From NCBI GenBank assembly GCA_965203975.1, contig CBDBDT010000001.1:564466-628465 (forward strand): a stretch of DNA of 64,000 nucleotides. Direction: 5' to 3'. A program made the position numbers and the translations under genes. Positions 56,475 through 64,000 of this stretch are shown one piece after another. Source of the DNA: Dehalococcoidia bacterium. Lineage in GTDB: Bacteria; Chloroflexota; Dehalococcoidia; Lucifugimonadales; UBA3495. The first letter of the stretch is position 1, and every line of letters begins with the position of its first letter. The notes under the pieces were generated by a model. It made no database searches, was not told the origin of the DNA, and saw only the letters and a list, made by a program, of their open reading frames with translations.

Positions 56475-56777
56475 TCAGGGGTCGGATTTGAGGAGGGCGG
56501 GACGGATCCTGGTGTTCCAGTAGTCGCTTTCGCCCGCCTGGCGCAATTCCTCGACAAGCCGGGCGGTCTCCGGTCCCACGGCCTGGGTCAACTGAGAGGT
56601 TGTGCGGTCTCCGGCCAACTCGGTGACCGCGGTGCGGAGTTTCATCACGTACTCGGCGACCTCGATGGCGGCCTGGTCGGAGGCGGACCGGGACTGCAGG
56701 GCTTCGAGCTTCTCGAGCCATTCCAGACCCCTTTCGGCGTCTTCGAACCTGTCACCCAGCGCATTGGTAGTAGTCAT
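56475..56777 (-). CDS. hypothetical protein
   Basis: 100-aa helical-looking ORF. No family recognised. Confidence 0.4.
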   Translation of the reverse strand: MTTTNALGDRFEDAERGLEWLEKLEALQSRSASDQAAIEVAEYVMKLRTAVTELAGDRTTSQLTQAVGPETARLVEELRQAGESDYWNTRIRPALLKSDP

Positions 56778-56918
56778 CGGGGATCCTCCACTCTCTCACC
56801 AGTTCCGGCACGTTTCAGGGTAAGCCAACGGTCAGTCCACATAACAGCCTATATCATACCGGTTGTGGACGCATGTTGCACCGACCCCAACTGTCCGGTA
56901 ACGTATCCCCGGCGGATT

Positions 56919-58277
56919 TTACTTGACCGCCAGGATGTCGTAAGCCAGCGCCAGCATGATCCGAGAACCGCTGATCAGGCTGCGGATGCCCACCGATTCG
57001 TCCGTTCCATGCACGTTCAGAAGCATGGGGTCATCGTCGGGGTGGGACCCGACCATGCCGTAGGTGGTGGTGCCCAGGTTCCGCGTGAACCGGGAGTCGG
57101 TGAACCCGGTACTCAACGACGGGACCCACTGGATGTCGTCCCGGTCCAGGGCCCGGGCGGTGCTAATCTGGATGCGCTGGGCGAAATCCGTCTCAAAGGG
57201 AGAATCGTTGGGGACCGACATATAGTCGATGTCAATCTCCACATTCGGAATCCCGTCCAGTATCTTCCCCAACTCCTGCCGGACATAGGCTTCGTCCTGG
57301 TGGGGCAGCGTGCGCACATCGCAGGTCAGGCGGACCGATTCGGGAACGCTATTGGACTTGATGCCGCCCTGGATCATGGTGGGCGTGATGGTCATCCGGG
57401 ACAGTGCCCTCATAATCGAGGCGAACCGGGGGTTCGTCTCCTGGGTATCCGCGACAATCTGGTCGATGTTTGCTGCCGACGGCCGGTCTTCGATGGCGAA
57501 AACCGACAGGTGGCGGAACAAGCTGGTGGAGGTGTCCCGCTCCGGTTCGTATGCTTCAATCCGCTTCACCACCTCCGAAAGCCCGAACAGGGCGTTTGAC
57601 CCCTGCCACGGAGTTGACGCGTGGGCGCTCGCGCCCCGGACCGTGATCTCCAGCTGCAGCCGGCCCTTCTCCCCCACTCCGAGCAGATAGGTCAAGTTCC
57701 CCGCCGCCTCGATGGGGACGCCGCCGCCTTCGTTCACCGCAAGGGGAGCCGCCAGCTTCTCAGGGTGGTTCTCCGCCATCCAGCCAAACCCGTACCGGCC
57801 GCCGTGCTCCTCGTCGGCGCAGGAAGCCAGGATCAGGCTGTCGTTGAGCGGAACCCCGTTCCGCTTGAGGATCCTCAGGGCGATCAACTGGCAGGTGAGC
57901 AGCCCCTTGCAGTCCGATGCTCCCCGCCCGTAGACCCGGCCATCCGCCACCGTGGCGCTGAAAGGCGGAAACCTCCACTTCTCCTCCTCTTCCACCGGTA
58001 CCACGTCCAGATGGGACATGAACATCAGCCCCGCCTTGCCGGAACTGCCCTCCAGCCGCGTGATGAGGTTGCCCCTTCCCGGCGCGGACTCGATGATCTC
58101 GCAGGGCACGCCGTCCTCGGCCAGCCACCTTTCGATGTAGCGGCATAGCTCAGTCTCGTTGCCGGTGGGCATGAATCCGGTGTTGACCGTGGGAATGCGG
58201 ACCATGTCCTGCTCCAGCGCGAGAATCTCATCGCGCATTTCATCAACCTGGTCCAGCAAGTCGTTCAGATCAGGCAT
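56919..58277 (-). CDS. M20 family metallopeptidase (ArgE/DapE/CPG2-like)
   Basis: MFMSHLDVVP, GRGASDCKG and ADEEHGG metal-ligand motifs. Confidence 0.85.
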   Translation of the reverse strand: MPDLNDLLDQVDEMRDEILALEQDMVRIPTVNTGFMPTGNETELCRYIERWLAEDGVPCEIIESAPGRGNLITRLEGSSGKAGLMFMSHLDVVPVEEEEKWRFPPFSATVADGRVYGRGASDCKGLLTCQLIALRILKRNGVPLNDSLILASCADEEHGGRYGFGWMAENHPEKLAAPLAVNEGGGVPIEAAGNLTYLLGVGEKGRLQLEITVRGASAHASTPWQGSNALFGLSEVVKRIEAYEPERDTSTSLFRHLSVFAIEDRPSAANIDQIVADTQETNPRFASIMRALSRMTITPTMIQGGIKSNSVPESVRLTCDVRTLPHQDEAYVRQELGKILDGIPNVEIDIDYMSVPNDSPFETDFAQRIQISTARALDRDDIQWVPSLSTGFTDSRFTRNLGTTTYGMVGSHPDDDPMLLNVHGTDESVGIRSLISGSRIMLALAYDILAVK

Positions 58278-58516
58278 CTCTTGTCCTCCAATAATTGTCG
58301 GCGACAGTCACCATTGTAATGTCTTCGCCAGGATTCTACTCTTCGCCGGACCATTCAGCGGGAGGGAACGGTCTTTCTTCCCACTCTCTTTTTTTGAGGG
58401 CTGCCCGTCCGCCTACATCCAGGATTCGCAGACTGGCCGCGCTCTGAAACCACCCGCCCTTGGATGACGTAACCCTGATTGTAACCTCGATTGAAACTTC
58501 CACCCAGAAAAGCTAG

Positions 58517-59557
58517 ATGGCATATCCCTGGGCCAACGTCTTCATCCTCATCTTGGGGGGCATCTCCTTGGTGAGCGGCATCCTGGGCCTCATTGGAGGC
58601 TCGCCTAATTGGGCGCTTGCCCTGGATGTGCATCGAATCTCCGGGTTCGCCCTCGTAGCGCTGCTTCTTTGGAAGGCCCGCAACGTGCTGGCGCCGCTGA
58701 CTAACACGGGGTTATGGAAGCGCCGCCCCACCCTGCTTATCGGCTCCCTGGGCTTGTTCCTGTTGCTCCTCGCGGCCCTTATCCTGGGAATAGTCTGGAG
58801 CCACGCCGGTTACTTCGCCTACCTGGGATTCAGCGGGGTGAGCTGGCACATATACCTGTCGCTGTTGCTGGCCCCCTTCGTGGCCTGGCACGCCCTAACC
58901 CATTCCTGGACCCTCCATACCCGTTTCTGGGCGCAACGACGGTCCTTCCTGAGACTGGCCGGTCTCGGCGTTGCCGGGCTCGCGCTGTGGCGCGCGGGAG
59001 AACTGGCCGCCGATGTCCTGGCGCTGCCCGGGGAAGACCGGCGGTTCACCGGGTCCTACGAGCGGAGCAGTTTCTCCGGCAACGCCTTCCCGACCACGTC
59101 CTGGTTGAACGATAACCCGGACCCGGTCGACGGGGACAAATGGCGGTTGAACGTTACGGGCCTCGTCCAACATGACCTCGCCCTTAGGTTGGATGACCTG
59201 GCCCGCAGCCGTGAAAACACAACGGCCGTCCTGGACTGCACGGGGGGTTGGCACTCCACCCAGGAATGGGAGGGGATTCCCCTGAAGGATGTCTTGGAAT
59301 CGGCTGGGGTGGAGCCCGGGGCGGGCAGTATAACCGTCCGCTCCGTCACGGGTTACCAGCGAAGGTTCTCGCTGGGAGAAGCGGGCGGATACCTGCTGGC
59401 CACCCACGTTGGAGGTGAGCCGATTTCCCACGGACACGGGTTTCCGGTGCGGTTGGTAGCCCCGGGCAAGCGCGGCTTTGAATGGGTCAAGTGGGTCGAT
59501 TCCATTCACGTGAACGACACTGGGAAGTGGTGGCAGTCACCCTTCCCATTGACCTGA
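58517..59557 (+). CDS. membrane-anchored molybdopterin-dependent oxidoreductase (sulfite oxidase/YedY-like Mo-binding domain)
   Basis: N-terminal 4-5 hydrophobic helices, then LDCTGGWHSTQEWEGIPL and GFPVRLVAPGKRGFEWVKWV. Confidence 0.75.
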   Translation: MAYPWANVFILILGGISLVSGILGLIGGSPNWALALDVHRISGFALVALLLWKARNVLAPLTNTGLWKRRPTLLIGSLGLFLLLLAALILGIVWSHAGYFAYLGFSGVSWHIYLSLLLAPFVAWHALTHSWTLHTRFWAQRRSFLRLAGLGVAGLALWRAGELAADVLALPGEDRRFTGSYERSSFSGNAFPTTSWLNDNPDPVDGDKWRLNVTGLVQHDLALRLDDLARSRENTTAVLDCTGGWHSTQEWEGIPLKDVLESAGVEPGAGSITVRSVTGYQRRFSLGEAGGYLLATHVGGEPISHGHGFPVRLVAPGKRGFEWVKWVDSIHVNDTGKWWQSPFPLT

Positions 59558-59789
59558 CCTGGCGCAGTGCTGTGCTCCGGGCTGGTCACCTGGCCTGGTC
59601 ATTTCCATGCTCGAACAAGGAGGAATCTGGTCGAGAGGACGGGAACCAAACAGTGGGTTTCGAGGGTAACTGTTGGGGACAGGCGCAGTATGATGGGGCT
59701 GGGCGGGTAACCGACGGTCTTCCTCGCCAACGCCAAGGGACTTGCCGCCGAAACCTAGCGGGCTATCAAGCAGGGGTGCGTCCCCCGGG

Positions 59790-59990
59790 CCCAGAAGCGC
59801 CCAGGCCGTCAAGGAGCGCCGTCGTCCCGCCGTCCCCACCTTCGCCGAGGCTGCCGAGCGGGTCATCGAGATGCGCCGCCCCACCTGAACCCGAGAACTG
59901 GTGTCCACATAGTGTTCGATGGGACGCTGCGGGCGTTCGGACTAGGGAAGTGTCTCGGCACCGGGTTTATCGGGAGGCGTCTGGCCTATG
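59790..59990 (+). pseudogene. degraded N-terminal fragment of a P4-type tyrosine integrase
   Basis: The frame from 59832 reads VPTFAEAAERVIEMRRPT then stops. A shifted frame continues NPRTGVHIVFDGTLRAFGLG. No catalytic domain follows. Confidence 0.35.
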
Positions 59991-60025
59991 GCTTTTCCCG
60001 TTCAGGCTCCCGTTGATTCCTCCGG

Positions 60026-61564
60026 CTAACCCCCGGTCACCCAGTCGGCGACGCGCTCGCCGATCATGATGGCGGTGGCGTTGGTGTTGGCGCGGGTTAC
60101 CTGAGGCATGATGGAGGAGTCGGCGACCCACAGGCCGTTGACTCCACGCACACGGCACTGCTGGTCGGTAACGGCCATTGCGTCGCCGTCGGGGCCGATG
60201 CGGCAGGTGCCCGAGACGTGGCGGGAGCTGCCAAGAGTCTGGCGAATCCAGGCGTCCAGATCGTCGTCGCTGGTGAGGGTGTCGTCATCGGGCGCGACGC
60301 GCCCCTCGGATATGCCCCGGTATGCGTCGGACTCCAGGATGCTGCAGGCCAACCGCACGGCGTCGCGCATCCGGCGCATATCGTTCTCGTTGTGCAGGTA
60401 GCGGTAGTTGATGGAAGGCTGCACCGTGGGATCGCCCGACTGGAGGCGCACCCAGCCGGAGCCGTCGGGAAGCTCCAGGGCGCAGGCGATGCGGGCGGTG
60501 CCCGAGGGCACCATCTCGCCGGTCATCACGTTCCAGATGGCAAGGGTGTGCAGCATCACGTCGTTGGGGTGGGACGGCGGCTCGGACGTTACCCGCAGGC
60601 CAAAGCGCAGGGCTTCGGCGTTGGCCGTGAGCCTGACGTCTTCATTGACCCGGAAAGTGACCGACCCCATGGGGTGGTTGAACAGGTTCTGCCCGACGCC
60701 GGGAGAGTCCACCAGTACCGGGACGTTGTTCTGCTCCAACTGGTCGCGGGGGCCGATGCCGGACAGCATCAGGATGTGGGGTGATTTGAGTGCCCCAGCG
60801 CACAGCACCACGCGATCACCGTGGACGGTGAAACTCTCTTCGCCGCTTTCGACCTCGACGCCGGTGACCTGGCCATCCTGGATTACCACGCGCCGGACGA
60901 ACACGTTGCCGCGTACGGTGAGATTGAGGCGGTGGCGGGCAGGCGTGAGGTGGGTGACGTTGGTGCTCATGCGCCAGCCGTTGCGGTTGTTCATGGGGAT
61001 GGCGCCGATGCCGCCGGACTCGGGTCCGTTGAGGTCATGGTTGGGTGGGTAGCCCGACTCCATGCAGGCGTCGTAGAAGGCCTTCTGCACCGCCGGCCAC
61101 TCCTCGCCCTCGCGGCGGACGATGGGGATGGGGCCTTCGGAGCCGTGGAAGTCGTCCTGGATGTCCAGGTCGGTTTCGGCCCGGCGGTAGTAGGGCAGGA
61201 CTTTAAGGTAGCCCCATTCCTGGTTGCCGAAGTAGGACTCCCAACGCTCGAAGTCCTCGGGCAGGCCGCGCAGGTAGACCTGGCCGTTGATGGAGCCGGA
61301 GCCGCCGATGACCTTGCCCTGGGCGATGTTTATCTCGCCCTGCTGGTCGTTGATGACGCCGCGCAGGTTCCAGGAAACCGCCGAGCCGATAGCTTCGCCC
61401 TCCGACGAGTGGCCGTTGCGGACCGGCTCCGGGAGCTGCTCCGGATCGGCGTAGTCCTGCCCCGCTTCCAGCAGCAACACCGAGCGATCGGGGTCTTCCG
61501 ACAGCCGGCTGGCCACCACGGAACCGGCGGACCCGCCGCCGACAACAATAACGTCGTATTTCAT
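60026..61564 (-). CDS. GMC family oxidoreductase (choline dehydrogenase-like)
   Basis: YDVIVVGGGSAGSVVASRLSED and C-terminal HVSGTCRIG / LWVADSSIMP motifs. Confidence 0.9.
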   Translation of the reverse strand: MKYDVIVVGGGSAGSVVASRLSEDPDRSVLLLEAGQDYADPEQLPEPVRNGHSSEGEAIGSAVSWNLRGVINDQQGEINIAQGKVIGGSGSINGQVYLRGLPEDFERWESYFGNQEWGYLKVLPYYRRAETDLDIQDDFHGSEGPIPIVRREGEEWPAVQKAFYDACMESGYPPNHDLNGPESGGIGAIPMNNRNGWRMSTNVTHLTPARHRLNLTVRGNVFVRRVVIQDGQVTGVEVESGEESFTVHGDRVVLCAGALKSPHILMLSGIGPRDQLEQNNVPVLVDSPGVGQNLFNHPMGSVTFRVNEDVRLTANAEALRFGLRVTSEPPSHPNDVMLHTLAIWNVMTGEMVPSGTARIACALELPDGSGWVRLQSGDPTVQPSINYRYLHNENDMRRMRDAVRLACSILESDAYRGISEGRVAPDDDTLTSDDDLDAWIRQTLGSSRHVSGTCRIGPDGDAMAVTDQQCRVRGVNGLWVADSSIMPQVTRANTNATAIMIGERVADWVTGG

Positions 61565-61662
61565 AACCGTTCCTCGGCTTTTTCCGCAATTCCGCGAAAT
61601 CCAGGAGGGCTGAATTGGGAGAGTGCCCGGCAGCGGGCAAAGATGTGGAGGCGGGCAGGCCC

Positions 61663-62661
61663 CTACAGGTTTATCGAGGGTTCGTCGTATTCTTTCAGCT
61701 TGTTGTAGATTTGGAGCCGGTGATTATAGGACTCCAAGACTACGATCCGGTCGGCGGCGTCAACGTTGACGGCCACCGGCCGGCGGAACCGCCATTCAGG
61801 CTGCAGGTCTGTCCGCCGCCTGGCTTTGACGATATCGGGATTGGCGTCAATGTAGGTCTGGGCCCACGGCGAGGGCTCCTGGGCGTCACCAACCAGCGCC
61901 GTAATATACTGGCCGTCGGGAGTATAGATCTGGACCCGGTGGTTCCCCCAATCGGTTACGTACACATCCCCGTCTGAGTCCACGGCCACGCCGGACGGCC
62001 CTTTAAGGTCCCCGACCCCGGTGCTGGAGCTTTCGAACTTGACCAGCAACTCTCCGGTGGGGGCGAATTTCTGCACCCGGTTGTTGCCCCAATCCGCCAC
62101 GTAGACGTTGTCCTCACCGTCAATGCAGATACCCCACGGCATCTCCAGGTCCCCGTCGCCGCCGCCCTGCTTCCCGAATGCGGACTGGAACTCGCCGATC
62201 TGGTTGAAACTCTGCACCCGGTGGTTCTGGCTGTCCACCACCCAGAGGATTCCCCGGGAATCGAAAGCAATTCCTGACGGTCCGTTCAGCTGCCCGTCTC
62301 CGCTGCCCGGCCTGCCCCAGTGATACCGGTAACCGCCCTCTTCATCGTATATGGTTATCCGGTTGAGATACTCGTCCGAAACGAACACTCGCCCGTAACG
62401 GTCCAGATCAATCGACCGGGCCCAGACGAAGCGCCCGTCTTCCTCGCCGACGGAGCCGAACTGTCCCTGAAAATCGTGGTCAAAGGTAACCTTGGTGACC
62501 CGCTGGCCCAACTGTTCCACGCCGCGGCTCAACACATAGATGCGCCCGTTCGGTCCCAGGACGAAATCTTGGGGAGCCCAGAATCCCCGGCCTGCCTGGC
62601 TGTACATGCCAATGCAGTAGCTGTAGTCATACACCCGCCCGGCGGCGACGGTGGTCAGCAT
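61663..62661 (-). CDS. NHL repeat-containing beta-propeller protein
   Basis: Repeated YV.D..N.R.Q.. blades. Confidence 0.8.
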   Translation of the reverse strand: MLTTVAAGRVYDYSYCIGMYSQAGRGFWAPQDFVLGPNGRIYVLSRGVEQLGQRVTKVTFDHDFQGQFGSVGEEDGRFVWARSIDLDRYGRVFVSDEYLNRITIYDEEGGYRYHWGRPGSGDGQLNGPSGIAFDSRGILWVVDSQNHRVQSFNQIGEFQSAFGKQGGGDGDLEMPWGICIDGEDNVYVADWGNNRVQKFAPTGELLVKFESSSTGVGDLKGPSGVAVDSDGDVYVTDWGNHRVQIYTPDGQYITALVGDAQEPSPWAQTYIDANPDIVKARRRTDLQPEWRFRRPVAVNVDAADRIVVLESYNHRLQIYNKLKEYDEPSINL

Positions 62662-62697
62662 ATCCCCTCTCCCGCGAACTGTTTTGGGGTCCTGGAG

Positions 62698-63834
62698 CTA
62701 CACGAAGGAAAGTTGCTCGAAGTGTCCGCCGACGATGGGCACCGGGTCGAGCCCCAGCCACTTTTCCGCCAACGTGGAGTAGAAGCCGCGGAAATCGTAG
62801 TCGGGCGCCAGGTCTCCCTGGGTAAGGTCCTCCGGTTTCAACGACGGATAGGCCCCGTACATGCCGCCGTTCACCCGGTCGCCAATGGCGAACGCTACCC
62901 CGGCTGCTCCGTGGTCGGTGCCAGTGCCGTTGTCGCGGACGCGGCGTCCAAACTCGCTGAACAGCATGACGACCACCTCTTCTGCCGCGTCGTGCTCGCG
63001 CAGGTCGTCGAAGAAGTCGCGTATGGCAACGGAAATTTCCGTCCAGAGCTTTTCGTGTGGTCCCAGCTGGTCATAGTGGGTGTCGAAGGGCCCGTGGGCC
63101 GTGTAAAACACCTGGGTGCCCAGGCCGGCCAGGTGTACCTGGGCCACGTCTCTGAAGCGCCTGGCGATGGGAGTATTGGCGTACTCCACGGTCGAGGAAT
63201 AGGTTTCGGGAGCAACCCGGATGATGTCCGCCCCTTTCAACGCATCCCGCCCTGCCTGTCCCAGGTAGTCCATGGTCGGCCCGGTGCCGATGGTGGGGGA
63301 GTACATGCGGGCAAAACTCTGCAGTAACTGGTTCCGCTCTTGCTCGGACGTGATCCCCGGGTTGGATGACAGCACACCGTACGAAGGAAGGTGGTTGACG
63401 GAAGTGACCGGGACCCCCTTCATGGCCAGTGCCCGGGGCAGGCCCTGGCCCAGGCTCACGCCCTTCAGCACGTTCTCGCCCTCCGGGTCCAGGTCCCGGA
63501 TGACCTTGGCAAGCCAGCCGTTGATCCCGATGGAATCCGGCTCGCAGGTATGCCAGATGTCCATGGCGCGAAAGTGCGAACGGGGTGAATTTTCAAATCC
63601 GATTCCGTGGATGATTGCCATGTTGCCCTTGTCGTAGATTTCCTTCAAGGGCCCCATGTCAGACCGGAATGCCAGTTGGTCATCGATGGGCAGCAATTCG
63701 CTTTCAGGGATACGGACCTTGGGCCGGTTGTCCCAATACAGAGGATTGGCATAAGGAACAATCGTATTGAGGTAGTCGTTGGCCCCGGTCAGCTCCAGCA
63801 CGACCAGCACGGGGTCCTTATGGGTTGATGTCAT
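62698..63834 (-). CDS. DUF1501 domain-containing (sulfatase-fold) protein
   Basis: VVLELTGANDYLN, RSHFRAMDIWHT and TDHGAAG motifs. Confidence 0.85.
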   Translation of the reverse strand: MTSTHKDPVLVVLELTGANDYLNTIVPYANPLYWDNRPKVRIPESELLPIDDQLAFRSDMGPLKEIYDKGNMAIIHGIGFENSPRSHFRAMDIWHTCEPDSIGINGWLAKVIRDLDPEGENVLKGVSLGQGLPRALAMKGVPVTSVNHLPSYGVLSSNPGITSEQERNQLLQSFARMYSPTIGTGPTMDYLGQAGRDALKGADIIRVAPETYSSTVEYANTPIARRFRDVAQVHLAGLGTQVFYTAHGPFDTHYDQLGPHEKLWTEISVAIRDFFDDLREHDAAEEVVVMLFSEFGRRVRDNGTGTDHGAAGVAFAIGDRVNGGMYGAYPSLKPEDLTQGDLAPDYDFRGFYSTLAEKWLGLDPVPIVGGHFEQLSFV

Positions 63835-63869
63835 TTCCGTATCCCTCTACTTCAGAGTCAGGCCCTTGC

Positions 63870-64000
63870 CTAGGCAAACTGGTACTCTCGCGAGGCGGCG
63901 ATCAGCGTCAGGATCTTGCTCACGTTACGCAGCGTAGCCCTCAGTTCTTCGTTGGTGCCCAGGGACAGGTCGCCGCATTTCTCGGCATGGACCATCAATT
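63870..64000 (-). CDS. C-terminal end of a probable DUF1800 protein (partial, runs off the window)
   Basis: Minus-strand frame ends ...SKILTLIAASREYQFA-stop. The usual DUF1800-DUF1501 gene pairing supports the call. Only about 43 codons are visible. Confidence 0.35.
   Translation of the reverse strand, partial: LMVHAEKCGDLSLGTNEELRATLRNVSKILTLIAASREYQFA

Overview
GC-rich bacterial chromosomal window with most genes on the minus strand. In order it holds: (1) a cobalamin-riboswitch-controlled B12 late-pathway and nucleotide-loop operon (ferredoxin-like, ChuX-like, cbiA, cobO, cobT, cobS, cbiB, cobD, cobC, first 39 codons of cobQ; 1-8476). (2) VOC, hemW, a ChlI-like AAA+ ATPase, a radical SAM protein, a CocE/NonD hydrolase and a gentisate dioxygenase. 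(3) A small RelE/ParE islet next to an initiator tRNA-Met and a stand-alone 23S rRNA gene, with no 16S or 5S nearby. (4) A long run of oxidoreductase, hydrolase and lactonase genes (MmgE/PrpD, two SMP-30, two NHL propellers, two crotonases, GMC, a GPP34-P450 fusion, M20 peptidase, DUF1501/DUF1800), interspersed with leuB, mnmA, rnhB, yraN, hemQ, a ferredoxin and an Lrp/AsnC regulator. The strongest observation is two genes that are intact only if an in-frame TGA is read as selenocysteine. One is a TlpA/ResA-like thioredoxin-fold protein (WATT-U-GVC). The other is a BtuF/TroA-like binding-protein-fold protein (C-E-V-U). Each has a 6-7 bp hairpin with a 5-nt loop at the same distance downstream of the UGA. 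The intergenic DNA is packed with repeat families: a 123-124 bp MITE-like element with 16-bp terminal inverted repeats plus many solo halves, a GC-hairpin REP-like family, a 33-36 nt motif upstream of three genes, and arrays of 10-11 bp direct repeats in an 850-bp non-coding gap. No CRISPR array and no intact transposase or integrase were seen; one degraded integrase N-terminal fragment is present. The gene repertoire and unlinked rRNA resemble Chloroflexota (SAR202/Dehalococcoidia-like), but that is inference only. Many long ORFs in the track are antisense artefacts of the high GC content and were not called.
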